Positions 1 to 11,434 of a stretch of 64,000 nucleotides of DNA are shown piece by piece. The position numbers were made by a program, and so were the translations under genes. Source of the DNA: Thermodesulfobacteriota bacterium (GTDB taxonomy: Bacteria; Desulfobacterota_D; UBA1144; Nemesobacterales; CSP1-2); the NCBI GenBank assembly GCA_036397855.1, contig DASWID010000101.1, positions 289 to 64,288 of the forward strand, given 5' to 3'. The notes under the pieces were generated by a model. That model searched no databases. It was not told the origin of the DNA and saw only the letters and a list, made by a program, of their open reading frames with translations. How positions within the stretch are numbered: position 1 is the first letter of the stretch; every line of letters begins with the position of its first letter.

Positions 1-101
1 CTCTTCTTCGCTGTGTACGGATTGATTAGAGGGCTCTTAGAATTGGCGATGTTTGGAGGTATAGCACTAGGCGTTAAATTCACAATTTATCACAACGTTA
101 C

Positions 102-734
102 TCATTTAGGGTTAGTCATAATATATTGAGTCCCAGACGATGACACAGAGTGACATTCAATGCATTCAGTAACCTTACCGGCCAGAGTTATAGTCTCTCC
201 ATCCCTTTCCATTTTCATCGGCTTACCATCCGGTGCAAACTTTACCCAGAACCAGTTTCCGTGTTGAGGGTCAAAAGGCACCAAGTTATACATAACAGTA
301 ATGGCTTCAAGCGTTTTATCCTGCATGTAATTTTCCATTACAATAATTGTTCCAGGTGGTAGCTCATTTTCCTTTTTGAGAACCGCTTCATAACCGATGG
401 AATTTATATATGTGGTAAGTAGGGCACCGTGTGGGGTTGGCCCTTTGTATAAAGCCTCTTTTCCAGGCCACATTTTCCAGTGCTCTCTATAATCCTCTGT
501 CTGTATAAGGCTCCAGAGCTCAGCAGCTATCTCTGGGGGTACCTTTATAGCTTCTTCCTTTGCATGCTCTTCATGCATCTTCTCGACCTTTTCTTCAATT
601 TCAGAAACCACATCCTCTGATTTCTCTTCCTTCATTTCGGTGTCTTCACCGCTCTTTGTTGGACCTTCCTGACCCTTACACCCAGCATAGAAGAAACCGA
701 TCGTCATAACAACAATTAACATAAGCTTATACAT
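102..734 (-). CDS. cytochrome P460 / c'-beta-like haem lipoprotein
   Basis: N-terminal signal peptide followed by Cys (lipobox-like FFYAGC); single C-terminal CIECH haem-binding motif typical of the P460/c'-beta fold; about 210 aa. Confidence 0.5.
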   Translation of the reverse strand: MYKLMLIVVMTIGFFYAGCKGQEGPTKSGEDTEMKEEKSEDVVSEIEEKVEKMHEEHAKEEAIKVPPEIAAELWSLIQTEDYREHWKMWPGKEALYKGPTPHGALLTTYINSIGYEAVLKKENELPPGTIIVMENYMQDKTLEAITVMYNLVPFDPQHGNWFWVKFAPDGKPMKMERDGETITLAGKVTECIECHSVSSSGTQYIMTNPK

Positions 735-1169
735 TTAAAACCCCCTTTTAACTAATTATCGATGGATTTTATCTTACATCGTATTTCCTGCTTATTGAAG
801 ATAGATACTAAGTTTTCTTAGAGTAGGTGCGGTAAGGGAAGTGATAACACTATATCCCAACTACAGATTTTTCTGCAAAACGGATATTATGTCTTATATG
901 ACTCAATAGACCATTTCATTCTCCTTATGAAGTCCGTGCCTAAACCGAACAAAGGATAGACGGGACATTCCTGTCCCGCATTCTAATCGAATAAACTTCC
1001 CTAAATCCGGGGTTGGAAAACCCCGGCTATCGGGTGGTGGGAGGATACTAAATTTTTTTAGAATCGTGTAAGAATATTTTTTTATTCAAGTGAAAATGTG
1101 ATGTAACCCCTCCTTAAGTTATTACAGAAGTGCCACAAGTGATTTATTCGGATTCCTTAAAAATTGTCC

Positions 1170-1197
1170 TTGACTCGCACTAAACCGTGATTAATTT
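1170..1197 (+). promoter_or_regulatory. sigma-70-like promoter for hsp20 (TTGACT-16-TAATTT)
   Basis: -35/-10 hexamers read directly; AGGAGG RBS at 1224-1229, 7 nt before the ATG. Confidence 0.4.
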
Positions 1198-1236
1198 CTA
1201 TCTACAGTAAAAAAACTAATTTAGGAGGTAGTTAGC

Positions 1237-1695
1237 ATGAGATTAGGATTATCCGTTTGGGAACCTTATAAGGGTCTAAATTTATTTGGTGAGACTTTTC
1301 AAAAAATGTTTGATGATACAGCCAAGACTCTTTCTAGATTTGGAATTGAAGATCTCGGCGCCGGGACCTGGGCACCAAGGGTAGATATATATGAAACTGA
1401 AGATAATTATATCGTAAGTGCCGATCTTCCAGGTATAAAGAAAGAGAACATTGGAATCGATCTCAAAGATAACATACTCACAATAAGGGGGGAAAAGAAA
1501 TTTGAGGAGAAGTCTGATAAAGATAATTATGTGAGGGCAGAGCGCAAATATGGAAAGTTTGTCAGAAGCTTTAGCATATCGGATAATGTTGACACGGAGA
1601 AGATCAGGGCCAATTATAAAGATGGTGTCCTGGAGATCACGATTCCGAAGAGAGAAGAAGCAGCAACCAAGCAAATTAAAGTGGAAGTCAAATAA
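1237..1695 (+). CDS. Hsp20/alpha-crystallin family small heat-shock protein
   Basis: Alpha-crystallin domain signature (APRVDIYETEDNYIVSADLPG...GVLEITIPK); strong RBS. Confidence 0.9.
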   Translation: MRLGLSVWEPYKGLNLFGETFQKMFDDTAKTLSRFGIEDLGAGTWAPRVDIYETEDNYIVSADLPGIKKENIGIDLKDNILTIRGEKKFEEKSDKDNYVRAERKYGKFVRSFSISDNVDTEKIRANYKDGVLEITIPKREEAATKQIKVEVK

Positions 1696-1901
1696 TATAT
1701 AATTTAACTCTAAACTACATGCTACCCCGTCTTATAAACGGGGTAGCATTAGGCATAGTATTTACACGTTGGGATTTGGTTTAGTATCAACTACGTAGAT
1801 AAAAATTGAGTTTGCTTCTTGTTAAAACACCTTTTCGGATTTATAATTACCTTTTCTAATTCCATAAACGGTAAGGGATCAGGGAACGGGGCGAGGAAGA
1901 T

Positions 1902-2909
1902 ATGAAACTAAAAATTCTCTTCTTTTTATTGTCCATTGTAACAGGATTTTGGGTTACTTATCCGGCCTATAGCCTTACAACTTCTTTAATAATCACTCTG
2001 GGTATAGGTGCCATTACCCTTGGCGTAATAATCGGAATAGAGCTAGTTATTAAAAATTTCCCAACAAATTCGACTTTAGGATTATCAATCGGCATCGTAA
2101 CAGCGTCGCTTACTTTCTTTGCGATCATAGAGATTATACACGCTTTGAATATTTCACCGGATATATCTAAGTACATTTCTGTGTTCATTTTTATATTGCT
2201 TTTTTATCTAGGCATATCTCAGGGGATAAAAAAAGGCTATGAAGCTGATCGACAGGGAAGAAGGGTTACTGCTAAAAGCGGACCATCCAGCACAAAGATT
2301 CTAGACACTAGCGCTATCATAGATGGAAGGATCGCAGATGTGGCTGAAGCTGGGTTTATCGATGGGGTCCTGTTAGTGCCTAAATTCATAATAAAAGAAC
2401 TTCAGTACATAGCTGATTCCACTGACCCCATCAAACGCGTGAGAGGCAGGCGAGGGCTCGATGTTCTCAAAAGGATGCAGCAAGAGATTCCAAACGTTGT
2501 TATAAAGATAACGAGTCACGATTTTCCGAAGATTAATGAAGCTGATTTAAAACTTGTTGAACTCGCAAAGAGGTTAAAAGGGGTAATAGTGACTAACGAT
2601 TATAATCTAAATAAGGTAGCTGGACTTCATGGGGTAAAGGTACTTAATCTCAATCAATTATCCAGTGCCCTCAAGCCTGTGGTGTTGCCTGGAGAGGCTC
2701 TGACCATAAGTGTTGTCAAGGAAGGGAAGGAGGAAAATCAAGGTATAGGTTATCTTGAAGACGGAACTATGGTTGTCGTTGATGATGGTAAAAGGTACCT
2801 AGGTAAAGATATAGATGTTTCTGTTACCAGTGTCCTTCAAACCCCTACCGGACGTATGATATTCTCCAAGGTTATTGAACGAGGTATGGTCTCTGGATTA
2901 AAAGCCTGA
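1902..2909 (+). CDS. membrane-anchored PIN + TRAM domain protein (YacL-like)
   Basis: Four N-terminal TM helices, then a PIN-like nuclease region and a C-terminal TRAM-like beta domain. Confidence 0.65.
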   Translation: MKLKILFFLLSIVTGFWVTYPAYSLTTSLIITLGIGAITLGVIIGIELVIKNFPTNSTLGLSIGIVTASLTFFAIIEIIHALNISPDISKYISVFIFILLFYLGISQGIKKGYEADRQGRRVTAKSGPSSTKILDTSAIIDGRIADVAEAGFIDGVLLVPKFIIKELQYIADSTDPIKRVRGRRGLDVLKRMQQEIPNVVIKITSHDFPKINEADLKLVELAKRLKGVIVTNDYNLNKVAGLHGVKVLNLNQLSSALKPVVLPGEALTISVVKEGKEENQGIGYLEDGTMVVVDDGKRYLGKDIDVSVTSVLQTPTGRMIFSKVIERGMVSGLKA

Positions 2910-3173
2910 ACAAATTACAACCATTTTGTTTTCTTAATTTTCCCAGACTGATCACCATTATCTAGACAAATTGCCGATCAGTTAGGACCGAGCGATTTGG
3001 CCGCCGCAAAAATCAGTCATATTTAATCAAGAAATTAAAACCGTTCGATTGTACGGTGGATTACGATAGAGAAGAAGTCAGTTCGATAGACGATGACTGA
3101 TCATATGACATAAATTGAAAAAGTTACCGACTTTAGCAGTATACTTTAGTTATGTTAACTTGTGAGGTATTCA

Positions 3174-3656
3174 ATGTTTCGTGTAGGTATTGGGTACGAC
3201 GTGCATAAGTTTTCCGAAGGGAGCAGACTTATTCTCGGAGGAGTCGAGATACCCTTTGAACTGGGACTTCAAGGATACTCAGACGCTGATGTTCTTACTC
3301 ATTCGATCTGTGATGCTATACTTGGTGCACTTGGAGAGCCCGATATAGGTAGTAAATTTCCTGATACTGACCCAAGATACAGGAATATTTCTAGTTTAAT
3401 TCTGTTAAGGGAAACAGTCGTATTATCCAAATCCAAGGGTTTCAATATTGAAAATGTGGATAGTGTAGTTGTTTGTGAGAAGCCTAAGATTGGAAATTAC
3501 GTTTCACAAATCAGAGGAAAACTATCGACGATTCTCGAAATATCAGAAGATTGCATCGGAGTCAAGGCAACAACTACAGATGGCATCGGTTTTACAGGGA
3601 GGGTTGAAGGCATTGCTGCTCATACGGTTGTTCTGATTAAGAAATTTGATGGTTAA
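3174..3656 (+). CDS. ispF: 2-C-methyl-D-erythritol 2,4-cyclodiphosphate synthase
   Basis: MFRVGIGYDVHKF...SDADVLTHSICDAILGA hallmark; ATG at 3174 preferred over the GTG at 3162. Confidence 0.9.
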   Translation: MFRVGIGYDVHKFSEGSRLILGGVEIPFELGLQGYSDADVLTHSICDAILGALGEPDIGSKFPDTDPRYRNISSLILLRETVVLSKSKGFNIENVDSVVVCEKPKIGNYVSQIRGKLSTILEISEDCIGVKATTTDGIGFTGRVEGIAAHTVVLIKKFDG

Positions 3657-6029
3657 ATGAACTCGATTTTCTTAAAATATCCTATACTACCTCCACTAAT
3701 CGGGTATATAGCTGGGATATTTATAAGTGAAAATTTGGGCTACGAATGGATTTTTATCCTTTTTATCTCACCAATACTCGGGCTGCTGTCTTTATTTTTT
3801 GCGGATCTTAGATTTCTCTTGTTTATACCCCTCGGAGTTCTGTTTTCAATAAGTCTCACCCCACCCGAAGATCACATTGCAAACTTTGTTGGAAATGAAA
3901 TTGACCTTTTGGGAACTTTATATAGATCCCCAGAGAGTAGAATAGAGGGTTCAAGGTTGTTTGTTGACGTTCGGGAGATTGTAGTAAAGGGTAAGAAAGA
4001 GTCGGCAACAGGAAAGGTGATCATTAATACTAAACAGAGAATTCGTGGTTTATCTCGAGGGGATTATGTAAGGGTTGTAGATACTGTTTTAAAGCCATAT
4101 AGAACATTTAAGAATCCCGGGAATTTTGATATCAAGCGTTATTATGGAAGGCAGAAGATATATGCCTATGGATTCGTTTCCGGAATGGATTCGATAATTT
4201 TATTTGAGCCAAAACTAACGCCTTTTTACTCTCTAAGGACAATAGATAAGGCTAGAACCAGGTTTGGGGATTTTGTAAGACACAGGTTTCCTCAATCTGA
4301 GGGAGAGATACTGAACGCAATCACAATTGGAGATCAGGGAGGAATGCCAAACGGGCTGAGAGATCTTTTTTCAGCAACTGGTATTGCTCATCTGCTCTCT
4401 ATATCCGGACTGCATGTAGGGGGTGTAGCGCTTGCTTTCTATTTAACGATAAAATGGATTCTGAAAAGGTCGGAGTATCTCTTGATTAGGTGGCAGGTCC
4501 CAAGGCTTACTGCTGGACTAACCATAATACCTTTATTCATCTACATGGCAGTAGCGGGATGTGCTACTCCCGTAGTAAGAGCATTTTTAATGATTGCGGT
4601 TTATCTTATGTCAGTGGTACTTGGTAAAGAGGAAAATAAATTGAATACGCTAGGCGCTTCTGCGTTTATAATTTTGCTGTGGCAACCATGGGCGCTTTTT
4701 CAACTCTCATTTCAACTCTCTTTTGCCGCTGTTTTGGGAATTATATTTGTCAATAGGTTTTATCCATTAAAAGTCGGTAGCTTCTCCGAAAAGATAATCT
4801 CAAGCTCTAAGATAACATTGGGTGCCTCGTTTACAACTATACCCTTAATCGTGAATTCCTTCAGTATTTTATCATTGATATCACTGCCCGCTAATTTAAT
4901 ATTTGTACCCCTGGTTGAATTCTTAATAGTTCCCCTAGGGTTGATTTCATTTTTGGTGTTCTCTGTAAATGAGTACTTAGCAATGCCATTTCTCACTCTC
5001 AATGTTTATCTGATTAGAATTCTTATCTTTGGAATAGAAAAGCTCGTTGAGATACCTTTTGCTTCTTTAACGGTTACATCTTTAGGAATTACGGGTTGGC
5101 TTATGTATATATTGATAATTCTGGTTGTTTGTTTTAAGAAGGTTTTCCCAAATCTCAAATATGTTTTGCCATTTTTTATTGTAGGGTTGATTATGGCGAT
5201 GACTATTAGTAAAGTGAGTAACTCTAAAAGTGGGTATCTAGAATTAGATTTCATAGACATTTCAAATAGGAATATAGTCTTCGTTAAGCTTCCTCAAGAA
5301 AAGACAATTCTCGTCGATGGCGGTTATTCCTTCTTCAATATGGGTGGTTATATGGAAAGAAGCGTAATTTCCCCTTTTCTTCTGAATTCTGACGTTACGA
5401 CCATCGATTATCTAATTTTAACTACATTGGACAAGGATCATTTAGAGGGTGTCAAATACTTGTTACGGAGATTTGAGGTTAAAAGACTCTGGACAAATGG
5501 AGTAAAGTTGGATGGAGAGCTCTGGAAATTGGTCAAAGGTAAGAATATAAGCTGGAAGAATCTCATGGATGAAGTTGAAAATTTTGAAATAGAGGGTGTT
5601 CGGATCGAATTTTATAAACCCAGGGGTTATTATAAAATTGCAGATTCCTCTCGACCCTATCCACTTATATTTAAGTTAACATTTGGAAACATAAATTATC
5701 TATTGGGAGAGTCTTTAGGAGACTTATCTGTGCAACGGGAATTGATCGATATTTACCATAATAGGATTCAATCGAACGTGCTATATATTCCTCAATTAAA
5801 GGGTAATTTAAGGTCATTTAATGATTTTTTGAATATCGTCTCACCAGAGATCTTGATAGTTAATCGTGGAAAAGATAGTCTTAGAAAATATCTTGATAAA
5901 AATGTGCCAAATTTCGACACTCATAGGAAGTCGAAATTCGTTGAAACTACAAAAGAGGGGATGGTTGCAATAAGTACAGACGGCAGGGAGATTAGGAAGA
6001 GGACTTTCAATAATGGCGATTTGTTGTAG
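3657..6029 (+). CDS. comEC: ComEC/Rec2 DNA-internalization competence protein with C-terminal metallo-beta-lactamase domain
   Basis: N-terminal DUF4131-like region, polytopic competence membrane domain, C-terminal MBL fold (DKDHLEG); start abuts the ispF stop. Confidence 0.8.
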   Translation: MNSIFLKYPILPPLIGYIAGIFISENLGYEWIFILFISPILGLLSLFFADLRFLLFIPLGVLFSISLTPPEDHIANFVGNEIDLLGTLYRSPESRIEGSRLFVDVREIVVKGKKESATGKVIINTKQRIRGLSRGDYVRVVDTVLKPYRTFKNPGNFDIKRYYGRQKIYAYGFVSGMDSIILFEPKLTPFYSLRTIDKARTRFGDFVRHRFPQSEGEILNAITIGDQGGMPNGLRDLFSATGIAHLLSISGLHVGGVALAFYLTIKWILKRSEYLLIRWQVPRLTAGLTIIPLFIYMAVAGCATPVVRAFLMIAVYLMSVVLGKEENKLNTLGASAFIILLWQPWALFQLSFQLSFAAVLGIIFVNRFYPLKVGSFSEKIISSSKITLGASFTTIPLIVNSFSILSLISLPANLIFVPLVEFLIVPLGLISFLVFSVNEYLAMPFLTLNVYLIRILIFGIEKLVEIPFASLTVTSLGITGWLMYILIILVVCFKKVFPNLKYVLPFFIVGLIMAMTISKVSNSKSGYLELDFIDISNRNIVFVKLPQEKTILVDGGYSFFNMGGYMERSVISPFLLNSDVTTIDYLILTTLDKDHLEGVKYLLRRFEVKRLWTNGVKLDGELWKLVKGKNISWKNLMDEVENFEIEGVRIEFYKPRGYYKIADSSRPYPLIFKLTFGNINYLLGESLGDLSVQRELIDIYHNRIQSNVLYIPQLKGNLRSFNDFLNIVSPEILIVNRGKDSLRKYLDKNVPNFDTHRKSKFVETTKEGMVAISTDGREIRKRTFNNGDLL

Positions 6030-6225
6030 ATAGCTTATAAACCAAATATTCTTTTATGTTTCTAAATGTACTGCAATCGGTAAAGGGTAAGAAGCTGGTT
6101 ACAATCAATTTATTAAGATGTAAAATACTATACAACGTAAAGGATTTGCAATTTGGGATCTTAGCTTTCGTGCTAACCCCGGAACGTTGAGGATCCGTTT
6201 TAGCTAATGGAATGGGCCATGGATC

Positions 6226-6690
6226 ATGAAAAAGATCATTCTTATTTTAATAGTTTTGGTAGTCCTGATTCTCTTTTTTTTCTTGCCCGCCGAGGACGAC
6301 ACGACCGAGATAGAATCTATATTTGATGGAGTTCTTAAAGCAGGTAAGGAAAAAGACTTAGAAGGAGTGATGGATCACTTTTCCATTAATTATAGAGATG
6401 AATACGGGGCGACCTATCCTGTTGTAAAAAACGTCATAGAGGGTTTCTTTGCCAAATATGACGGTTTTGATGGTAATTATAGCGAATTAAAGGTGTCGAT
6501 TAACGATTCAGATAAGGAAAAAATGGCAGTGGCAAACCTTGATTTTTATGTTAATGGGATCAAAACCGGCAAGTCAATTCCAATATTTGGAAATGCGGTA
6601 TTACCTGAGAACGTGACTGTTACCCTTGAGAAAAATACCTTTGGTGATTGGAAAATCAAAAATGTTGAAGGGCTGAGCATTGATGAATAG
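6226..6690 (+). CDS. hypothetical exported/membrane-anchored protein
   Basis: N-terminal hydrophobic helix; no recognisable family. Confidence 0.4.
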   Translation: MKKIILILIVLVVLILFFFLPAEDDTTEIESIFDGVLKAGKEKDLEGVMDHFSINYRDEYGATYPVVKNVIEGFFAKYDGFDGNYSELKVSINDSDKEKMAVANLDFYVNGIKTGKSIPIFGNAVLPENVTVTLEKNTFGDWKIKNVEGLSIDE

Positions 6691-6729
6691 GGCGTTTTGG
6701 CTCTAAGATGATCCGGGATCCGTCTTTTA

Positions 6730-7482
6730 TTAGTCTATATATTCTAATCTTCCCAGTATAAAATCATTCAGGACTTCTATATCGGTGTTTTGTGCTTCGT
6801 TTACGGTACCCTCAAAGATTATTCTTCCGTTGTAAAGAAAAGCAATTCTATCCGAAATTTCAAGAGCGCTCTTCACATCGTGGGTAATGATAACTCCTGT
6901 GATGCCGAATTGCCGCTGCATGTTTCTTATGAGGTGGTTTATTCTGCTGATGTTGGGAGGATCCAGGCCCGTTGTTGGCTCATCATAGAGCAAAATCTTG
7001 GGGTTCATGGCCATTGCCCTTGCAAGCCCCACCCTCTTTTTCATACCACCGCTTAGATCTGAAGGTAGTTTATCTTCAATTCCCGGAAGCCCCACAAGCT
7101 CTAAGTTTGTTGAGACAATTTCGTTGATTTCTTCTTCTGAATGTTTATTGCCCTCCCTCAGGGGATATGCAATGTTTTCGGCAACCGTAAGGGAATCGAA
7201 AAGTGCAGCGCCTTGGAAGAGCATACCGATTTTTTTTCTGACATGAACTAATTCACTCTCATCCATTGGGACTATGTTTTCATTTTCTATAACAATTTCT
7301 CCTTCATCTGGCTTCATAAGACCGGTAATCTCTTTGAGCAAAACACTTTTGCCCGATCCGCTTCCGCCCAGCACCGTAATGTTTTCGCCCTTTCTTATAG
7401 AAAGATTGACACCAGTGTGTACTTGTCTTGAATCGAATGACTTATGAACGTTTTTGAGCTCTATTATGTAATTTTCATTCAT
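6730..7482 (-). CDS. ABC transporter ATP-binding protein (MlaF/Ttg2A-like), no adjacent permease
   Basis: Walker A GGSGSGKS, ABC signature LSGGMKKRV, Walker B LLYDEP. Confidence 0.75.
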   Translation of the reverse strand: MNENYIIELKNVHKSFDSRQVHTGVNLSIRKGENITVLGGSGSGKSVLLKEITGLMKPDEGEIVIENENIVPMDESELVHVRKKIGMLFQGAALFDSLTVAENIAYPLREGNKHSEEEINEIVSTNLELVGLPGIEDKLPSDLSGGMKKRVGLARAMAMNPKILLYDEPTTGLDPPNISRINHLIRNMQRQFGITGVIITHDVKSALEISDRIAFLYNGRIIFEGTVNEAQNTDIEVLNDFILGRLEYID

Positions 7483-7753
7483 TGCTAGAACTTAGATATT
7501 GGACCTAGATATATTCGTATAATATTAAATAGTTCTACCGGGCTTTTTGGTACGTATATAATAAATAAATTCTATATGCTTGTAAAAATATAATGAAAAC
7601 AATGAATTATTTTGACACTCACAGATTTAAGCGTTAAAATAACATACGTTGAAGGATAAATTGAATTCTCAAAAAAACTTGCTATCAACGATTACAGGTT
7701 AAAGATTAATAAGTAATTTTATAATATTCAATCGTTAAAAGGAGGGGTATTCA

Positions 7754-8365
7754 ATGCCACATGAGTTACCGCCATTACCATATGGATATGACGCCCTGGA
7801 GCCTCACATAGACGCTCGTACAATGGAGATTCATCATACAAAGCATCATCAGGGATATGTGAATAATTTAAACAGTGCTCTTGAAAAGCATCCTGAACTT
7901 GAGAAAAAAAGTGTAGAAGATTTGTTGAAGGATTTAAGTTCTATTCCTGAAGATATACGAACTGCGGTTAGAAACAATGGTGGTGGACATGCCAATCACT
8001 CAATGTTTTGGCCGATTATGAGTCCAGATGGCGGTGGTGAGCCTGGAGGGGAATTGGCTGGCGCTATAAATTCATCCTTTGGTAGATTCTCAGATTTTAA
8101 AGAGCAATTTTCAAAGGCAGCAGCGGGCAGGTTTGGAAGTGGATGGGCATGGCTTTGCGTGGATCGAGGCGGGAAACTGACAATCACCTCTACTCCAAAT
8201 CAAGACAATCCGGTGTCTGACGGATTAAGGCCGGTTCTCGGTCTCGATGTTTGGGAACATGCCTATTATCTTAAATATCAAAACAGGAGACCTGAATATA
8301 TTTCGGCGTGGTGGAACATTGTCAATTGGAAACAGGTCGCAAAGAATTACTCGGCCGTAAAATAG
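7754..8365 (+). CDS. sodA: Fe/Mn superoxide dismutase
   Basis: [13 protein letters not shown]...HHTKHH...DVWEHAYY motifs; GGAGGG RBS. Confidence 0.9.
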   Translation: MPHELPPLPYGYDALEPHIDARTMEIHHTKHHQGYVNNLNSALEKHPELEKKSVEDLLKDLSSIPEDIRTAVRNNGGGHANHSMFWPIMSPDGGGEPGGELAGAINSSFGRFSDFKEQFSKAAAGRFGSGWAWLCVDRGGKLTITSTPNQDNPVSDGLRPVLGLDVWEHAYYLKYQNRRPEYISAWWNIVNWKQVAKNYSAVK

Positions 8366-8682
8366 GTATTTTAGGTTTGCAGTCCGATAATTAGCGGTAA
8401 CCGGAAGGTTTTTGTACGTTGTTGCTTTATGATTGGTGAGGTGTAGAAAACTCATTTAGAGTTTGGATTAATGGATTAAATGAACCCTTTGATTCTATTA
8501 CACTCTCTATTTTAAGCAAGGGCACTAACGTATCAGGTTGAGGTTATTTAAGAAAAGTGCTCGTGTTTTTATACTGGTTCTGCATAAGATTCCAATCGAG
8601 AGTGGGTAAGCAAGCTAAAGTACTAGAGAAGATTTGTTTTAAGTATTTCGTAATCAGAGAAAACTGGAACGGGTGAATTATA

Positions 8683-9864
8683 TTGGGAATTAAGAGCTTC
8701 GACTCCGACGACACAGTTTCATCTGTCAATGATAATATGGGTTTTACAAATGATTTAGAAACCTATAGGTCTCCAAATTTCAAAGGGAAACTAATTGATG
8801 TGGATGATTCTGAGTCTGATATTGAACCCAATGGCTCAGATTGCGTAGAATTTGAGAAGAGCAGTAGGATTCCGGATGAGCAGTATAGGCTTATGTATTA
8901 TTATTTCAGGGATATGGCAAATGAACCCTTGCTAAAACCAAGGGAAGAGATTGAAGTTTCAGCTAAGATAAAAAGATGTGAACAGAAGTCCAAAGAAATA
9001 AAACTGGTTGTTAATAGGCTTCAAAATAAAATCGAATCAAGAAACAATGAAAGGATCAGGCATCGGAGATTGAAGCCAAAGGACCTTTCCAGGAAGATCA
9101 TAATATTAAATGCCCTTGATAAGGTATATTCTGAAAAGGCTAAACTTCTTAAATGTAGATTCATTAAGTCGAACTTGAGATTAGTTGTGGCAATGGCTAA
9201 GAGATATATCAGCGTGGGTCTTCCGATTTCGGACTTAATACAAGAGGGTAATGTCGGGCTGATGAGGGCCGTGGAGAGATTTGATCATACCAAAGGGTTT
9301 AAGTTTTCGACATACGCTTCATGGTGGATCCGTCAAGCTATGTTCAGGTCTCTTCAGGAGCAGACCAGAACAATAAAGGTGCCGGTATATTTGTTGGAGC
9401 AATCTAATAAGATATTGAGGATAAGTTCAAATCTGCGTAAGAAACATGGGAGGAGTCCAACTCCTGAAGAGATATCTAACATCTCCGGGGTTTCTGTAGA
9501 TGTCATAAAGCGTATTTTAAAATCAACAAATGATGCTGTTAGCTTAGATTCGCCAATTCTTCGAGGTGAGAAAACAACTCTCCTCGATTTTATTATCGAT
9601 GAGGAATCTCCCGCCCCTGAATTAATTAGGACAAGGGTGATGCTTTTTGAAAGGATAAGGCAAGCTTTAACATTACTTACTCCTAGAGAAGAAGAGATAC
9701 TCAGGCTGAGATTCGGAATAGACCAAAATACAACTTACACGTTGGATGAAATTGGAAAGATATTTAATCTTACACGTGAACGAATTAGGCAGATCGAAAA
9801 AGCGGCACTGGAAAAACTATCCGACTCCGATATGAAGGATATACTTCGAAGTTTTATAAATTAA
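8683..9864 (+). CDS. sigma-70 family RNA polymerase sigma factor (RpoD-like; regions 2-4 present)
   Basis: Region 2 [18 protein letters not shown]...[12 protein letters not shown] and region 4 HTH ([19 protein letters not shown]). Confidence 0.8.
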   Translation: MGIKSFDSDDTVSSVNDNMGFTNDLETYRSPNFKGKLIDVDDSESDIEPNGSDCVEFEKSSRIPDEQYRLMYYYFRDMANEPLLKPREEIEVSAKIKRCEQKSKEIKLVVNRLQNKIESRNNERIRHRRLKPKDLSRKIIILNALDKVYSEKAKLLKCRFIKSNLRLVVAMAKRYISVGLPISDLIQEGNVGLMRAVERFDHTKGFKFSTYASWWIRQAMFRSLQEQTRTIKVPVYLLEQSNKILRISSNLRKKHGRSPTPEEISNISGVSVDVIKRILKSTNDAVSLDSPILRGEKTTLLDFIIDEESPAPELIRTRVMLFERIRQALTLLTPREEEILRLRFGIDQNTTYTLDEIGKIFNLTRERIRQIEKAALEKLSDSDMKDILRSFIN

Positions 9865-9960
9865 TTGTGTAGATTGAATCCCTGAACGTGAGTCAAGTTT
9901 TCAGAGTAACCTGAATTTCTTCTAAAGGTATTTTTTTCATCCAATATATTCATGAATTTT

Positions 9961-10011
9961 TTACTGGCGGCGGGAGGAATCGAACCTCCGACAAAGGCCT
10001 TATGAGAGCCC
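9961..10011 (-). repeat. attL: truncated copy of the tRNA-Met 3' half (nt 27-72 + 4 nt)
   Basis: Identical to 14657-14707; sequence diverges at 10012. Confidence 0.85.
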
Positions 10012-10033
10012 TTATGGGTTATTGTAACTTTCT

Positions 10034-11116
10034 TTAATCATTAAGTAATTTAGCCCTAACTAGGTGACTTGTGTTCATGTAGGGTTTATTCGGAGCGAAA
10101 TTGACGCTTTCAATGGCTCTCTTTTTATGCTCAGGTGTAGGGTGGGAGTAACGCTTGGTCATAACAATTGACCTATGCCCTAATAGCTCCTGAACGGTAA
10201 CCAGGTCAACTCCATTCATAACAAGCCTTGTAGCAATTGTGTGTCTTAAGTCATGGAACCTACAACGGGATATCTTGGCTTTATTTAAAGCAGTTTCAAA
10301 AGCACTCTTGATTTCTTTGACAGGGCTGCCTTTGTAATTAAAGACATATTCACTGGAAGCATTTTCCTGTAACTCAGTCAATGTTTGCAGTAATGTTTCG
10401 TTGATTGGTATAAATCTAAACTCAAAGTTTTTGGTATCTCTCACGGTGATGGTTCTCTGTTTTAAGTTAACGTCCTCCCATTTAAGGCCTAGAATTTCGC
10501 TTCTCCTCATGCCTGTGCTAACGGCACAAATTAGGATTGGTTTAAGGTGCGGAGCGGCTACTTCATATAGTCTTAAGAAATCCTCTTCACGTAGAATTTG
10601 CATGCGTTGGTTAGAGACCTTAAAGAACTTTACACCCTTCACGGGATTAGCACTAGCTAGACCCCACTCTATCGCTAGGTTAAACATTCTCTTAAGCACG
10701 GTTAACTCTCGATTGATATTTCCCAGCGTCTTGCCCTCATCTTTCCTTTTAGCCTTGAACTGCTCGACAGACCATGAGGTAATATCATCTATACTATGCC
10801 CTTTGAAGAATCGTAACAGTGCCTTGCATATAGTTACGCTTCTCTTATAAGAGCGATGATTTGCTTTTGAATAGTCCAAGTACTTCTCCACTAGCTTTTC
10901 AAAGCCGATTGCCGGTCTCTTGCTCTTAAGATTAAACCTGTCCTGTACCACCTCACCCATCCTTGCCTTCAATGCTTGCTCGGCTTGACCTTTGGTTATC
11001 AAAGCTGTAGAGCCTATCTTCTCTCTGATTTGTTTACCATCCGCATAATAGGCGATATACCAGCTTTTGCCTCTCTTGTAGATGCTGCCCGTACCCCACG
11101 CTCTTCGCTTAGCCAT
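10034..11116 (-). CDS. tyrosine-type site-specific integrase
   Basis: C-terminal catalytic box HDLRHT...LLGH...RYSH; N-terminal AP2/SAM-like arm-binding region. Confidence 0.9.
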   Translation of the reverse strand: MAKRRAWGTGSIYKRGKSWYIAYYADGKQIREKIGSTALITKGQAEQALKARMGEVVQDRFNLKSKRPAIGFEKLVEKYLDYSKANHRSYKRSVTICKALLRFFKGHSIDDITSWSVEQFKAKRKDEGKTLGNINRELTVLKRMFNLAIEWGLASANPVKGVKFFKVSNQRMQILREEDFLRLYEVAAPHLKPILICAVSTGMRRSEILGLKWEDVNLKQRTITVRDTKNFEFRFIPINETLLQTLTELQENASSEYVFNYKGSPVKEIKSAFETALNKAKISRCRFHDLRHTIATRLVMNGVDLVTVQELLGHRSIVMTKRYSHPTPEHKKRAIESVNFAPNKPYMNTSHLVRAKLLND

Positions 11117-11123
11117 TTATCAT

Positions 11124-11321
11124 TTACCTCCCTTTTTTAGGATCTGTTTCGATTGATACACTTTTAATTAAATTATCCTTTTCCATTGCCTGTCTTATCC
11201 AATAACGGACAAGGTCTGAGGAAGTCATTAAATTTTCTTCTGCATAGTTAGTTAAGAACTTAAATTCCTTTGGATGCAACCAGACTTGAAATAACTTTGT
11301 TCTTATTCTTTTTTCCCTCAT
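11124..11321 (-). CDS. ribbon-helix-helix DNA-binding protein (putative excisionase/regulator)
   Basis: Beta strand KLFQVWL followed by two helices as in CopG/Arc; directly upstream of int. Confidence 0.5.
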   Translation of the reverse strand: MREKRIRTKLFQVWLHPKEFKFLTNYAEENLMTSSDLVRYWIRQAMEKDNLIKSVSIETDPKKGR

Positions 11322-11434
11322 GTAATGTTATTATAAATACATTTGATTTGATTGTAAATATCATTGGGATAAAAGGGAAATTTATATAACCTTAATCCAG
11401 AACTCTTTTCTAGTATGATAAAAAATCAAAAATC

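Noticed and set aside
3162-3173. GTG start for ispF giving MRYSMFRV
   Set aside because: The ATG at 3174 gives the canonical IspF N-terminus (MFRVGIGYDVH) with an upstream GAGGT RBS-like sequence.
9961-10011. Second tRNA-Met gene
   Set aside because: Only the 3' half (nt 27-72) is present and it diverges at 10012. It is the attL duplication of the integrative element, not a gene.
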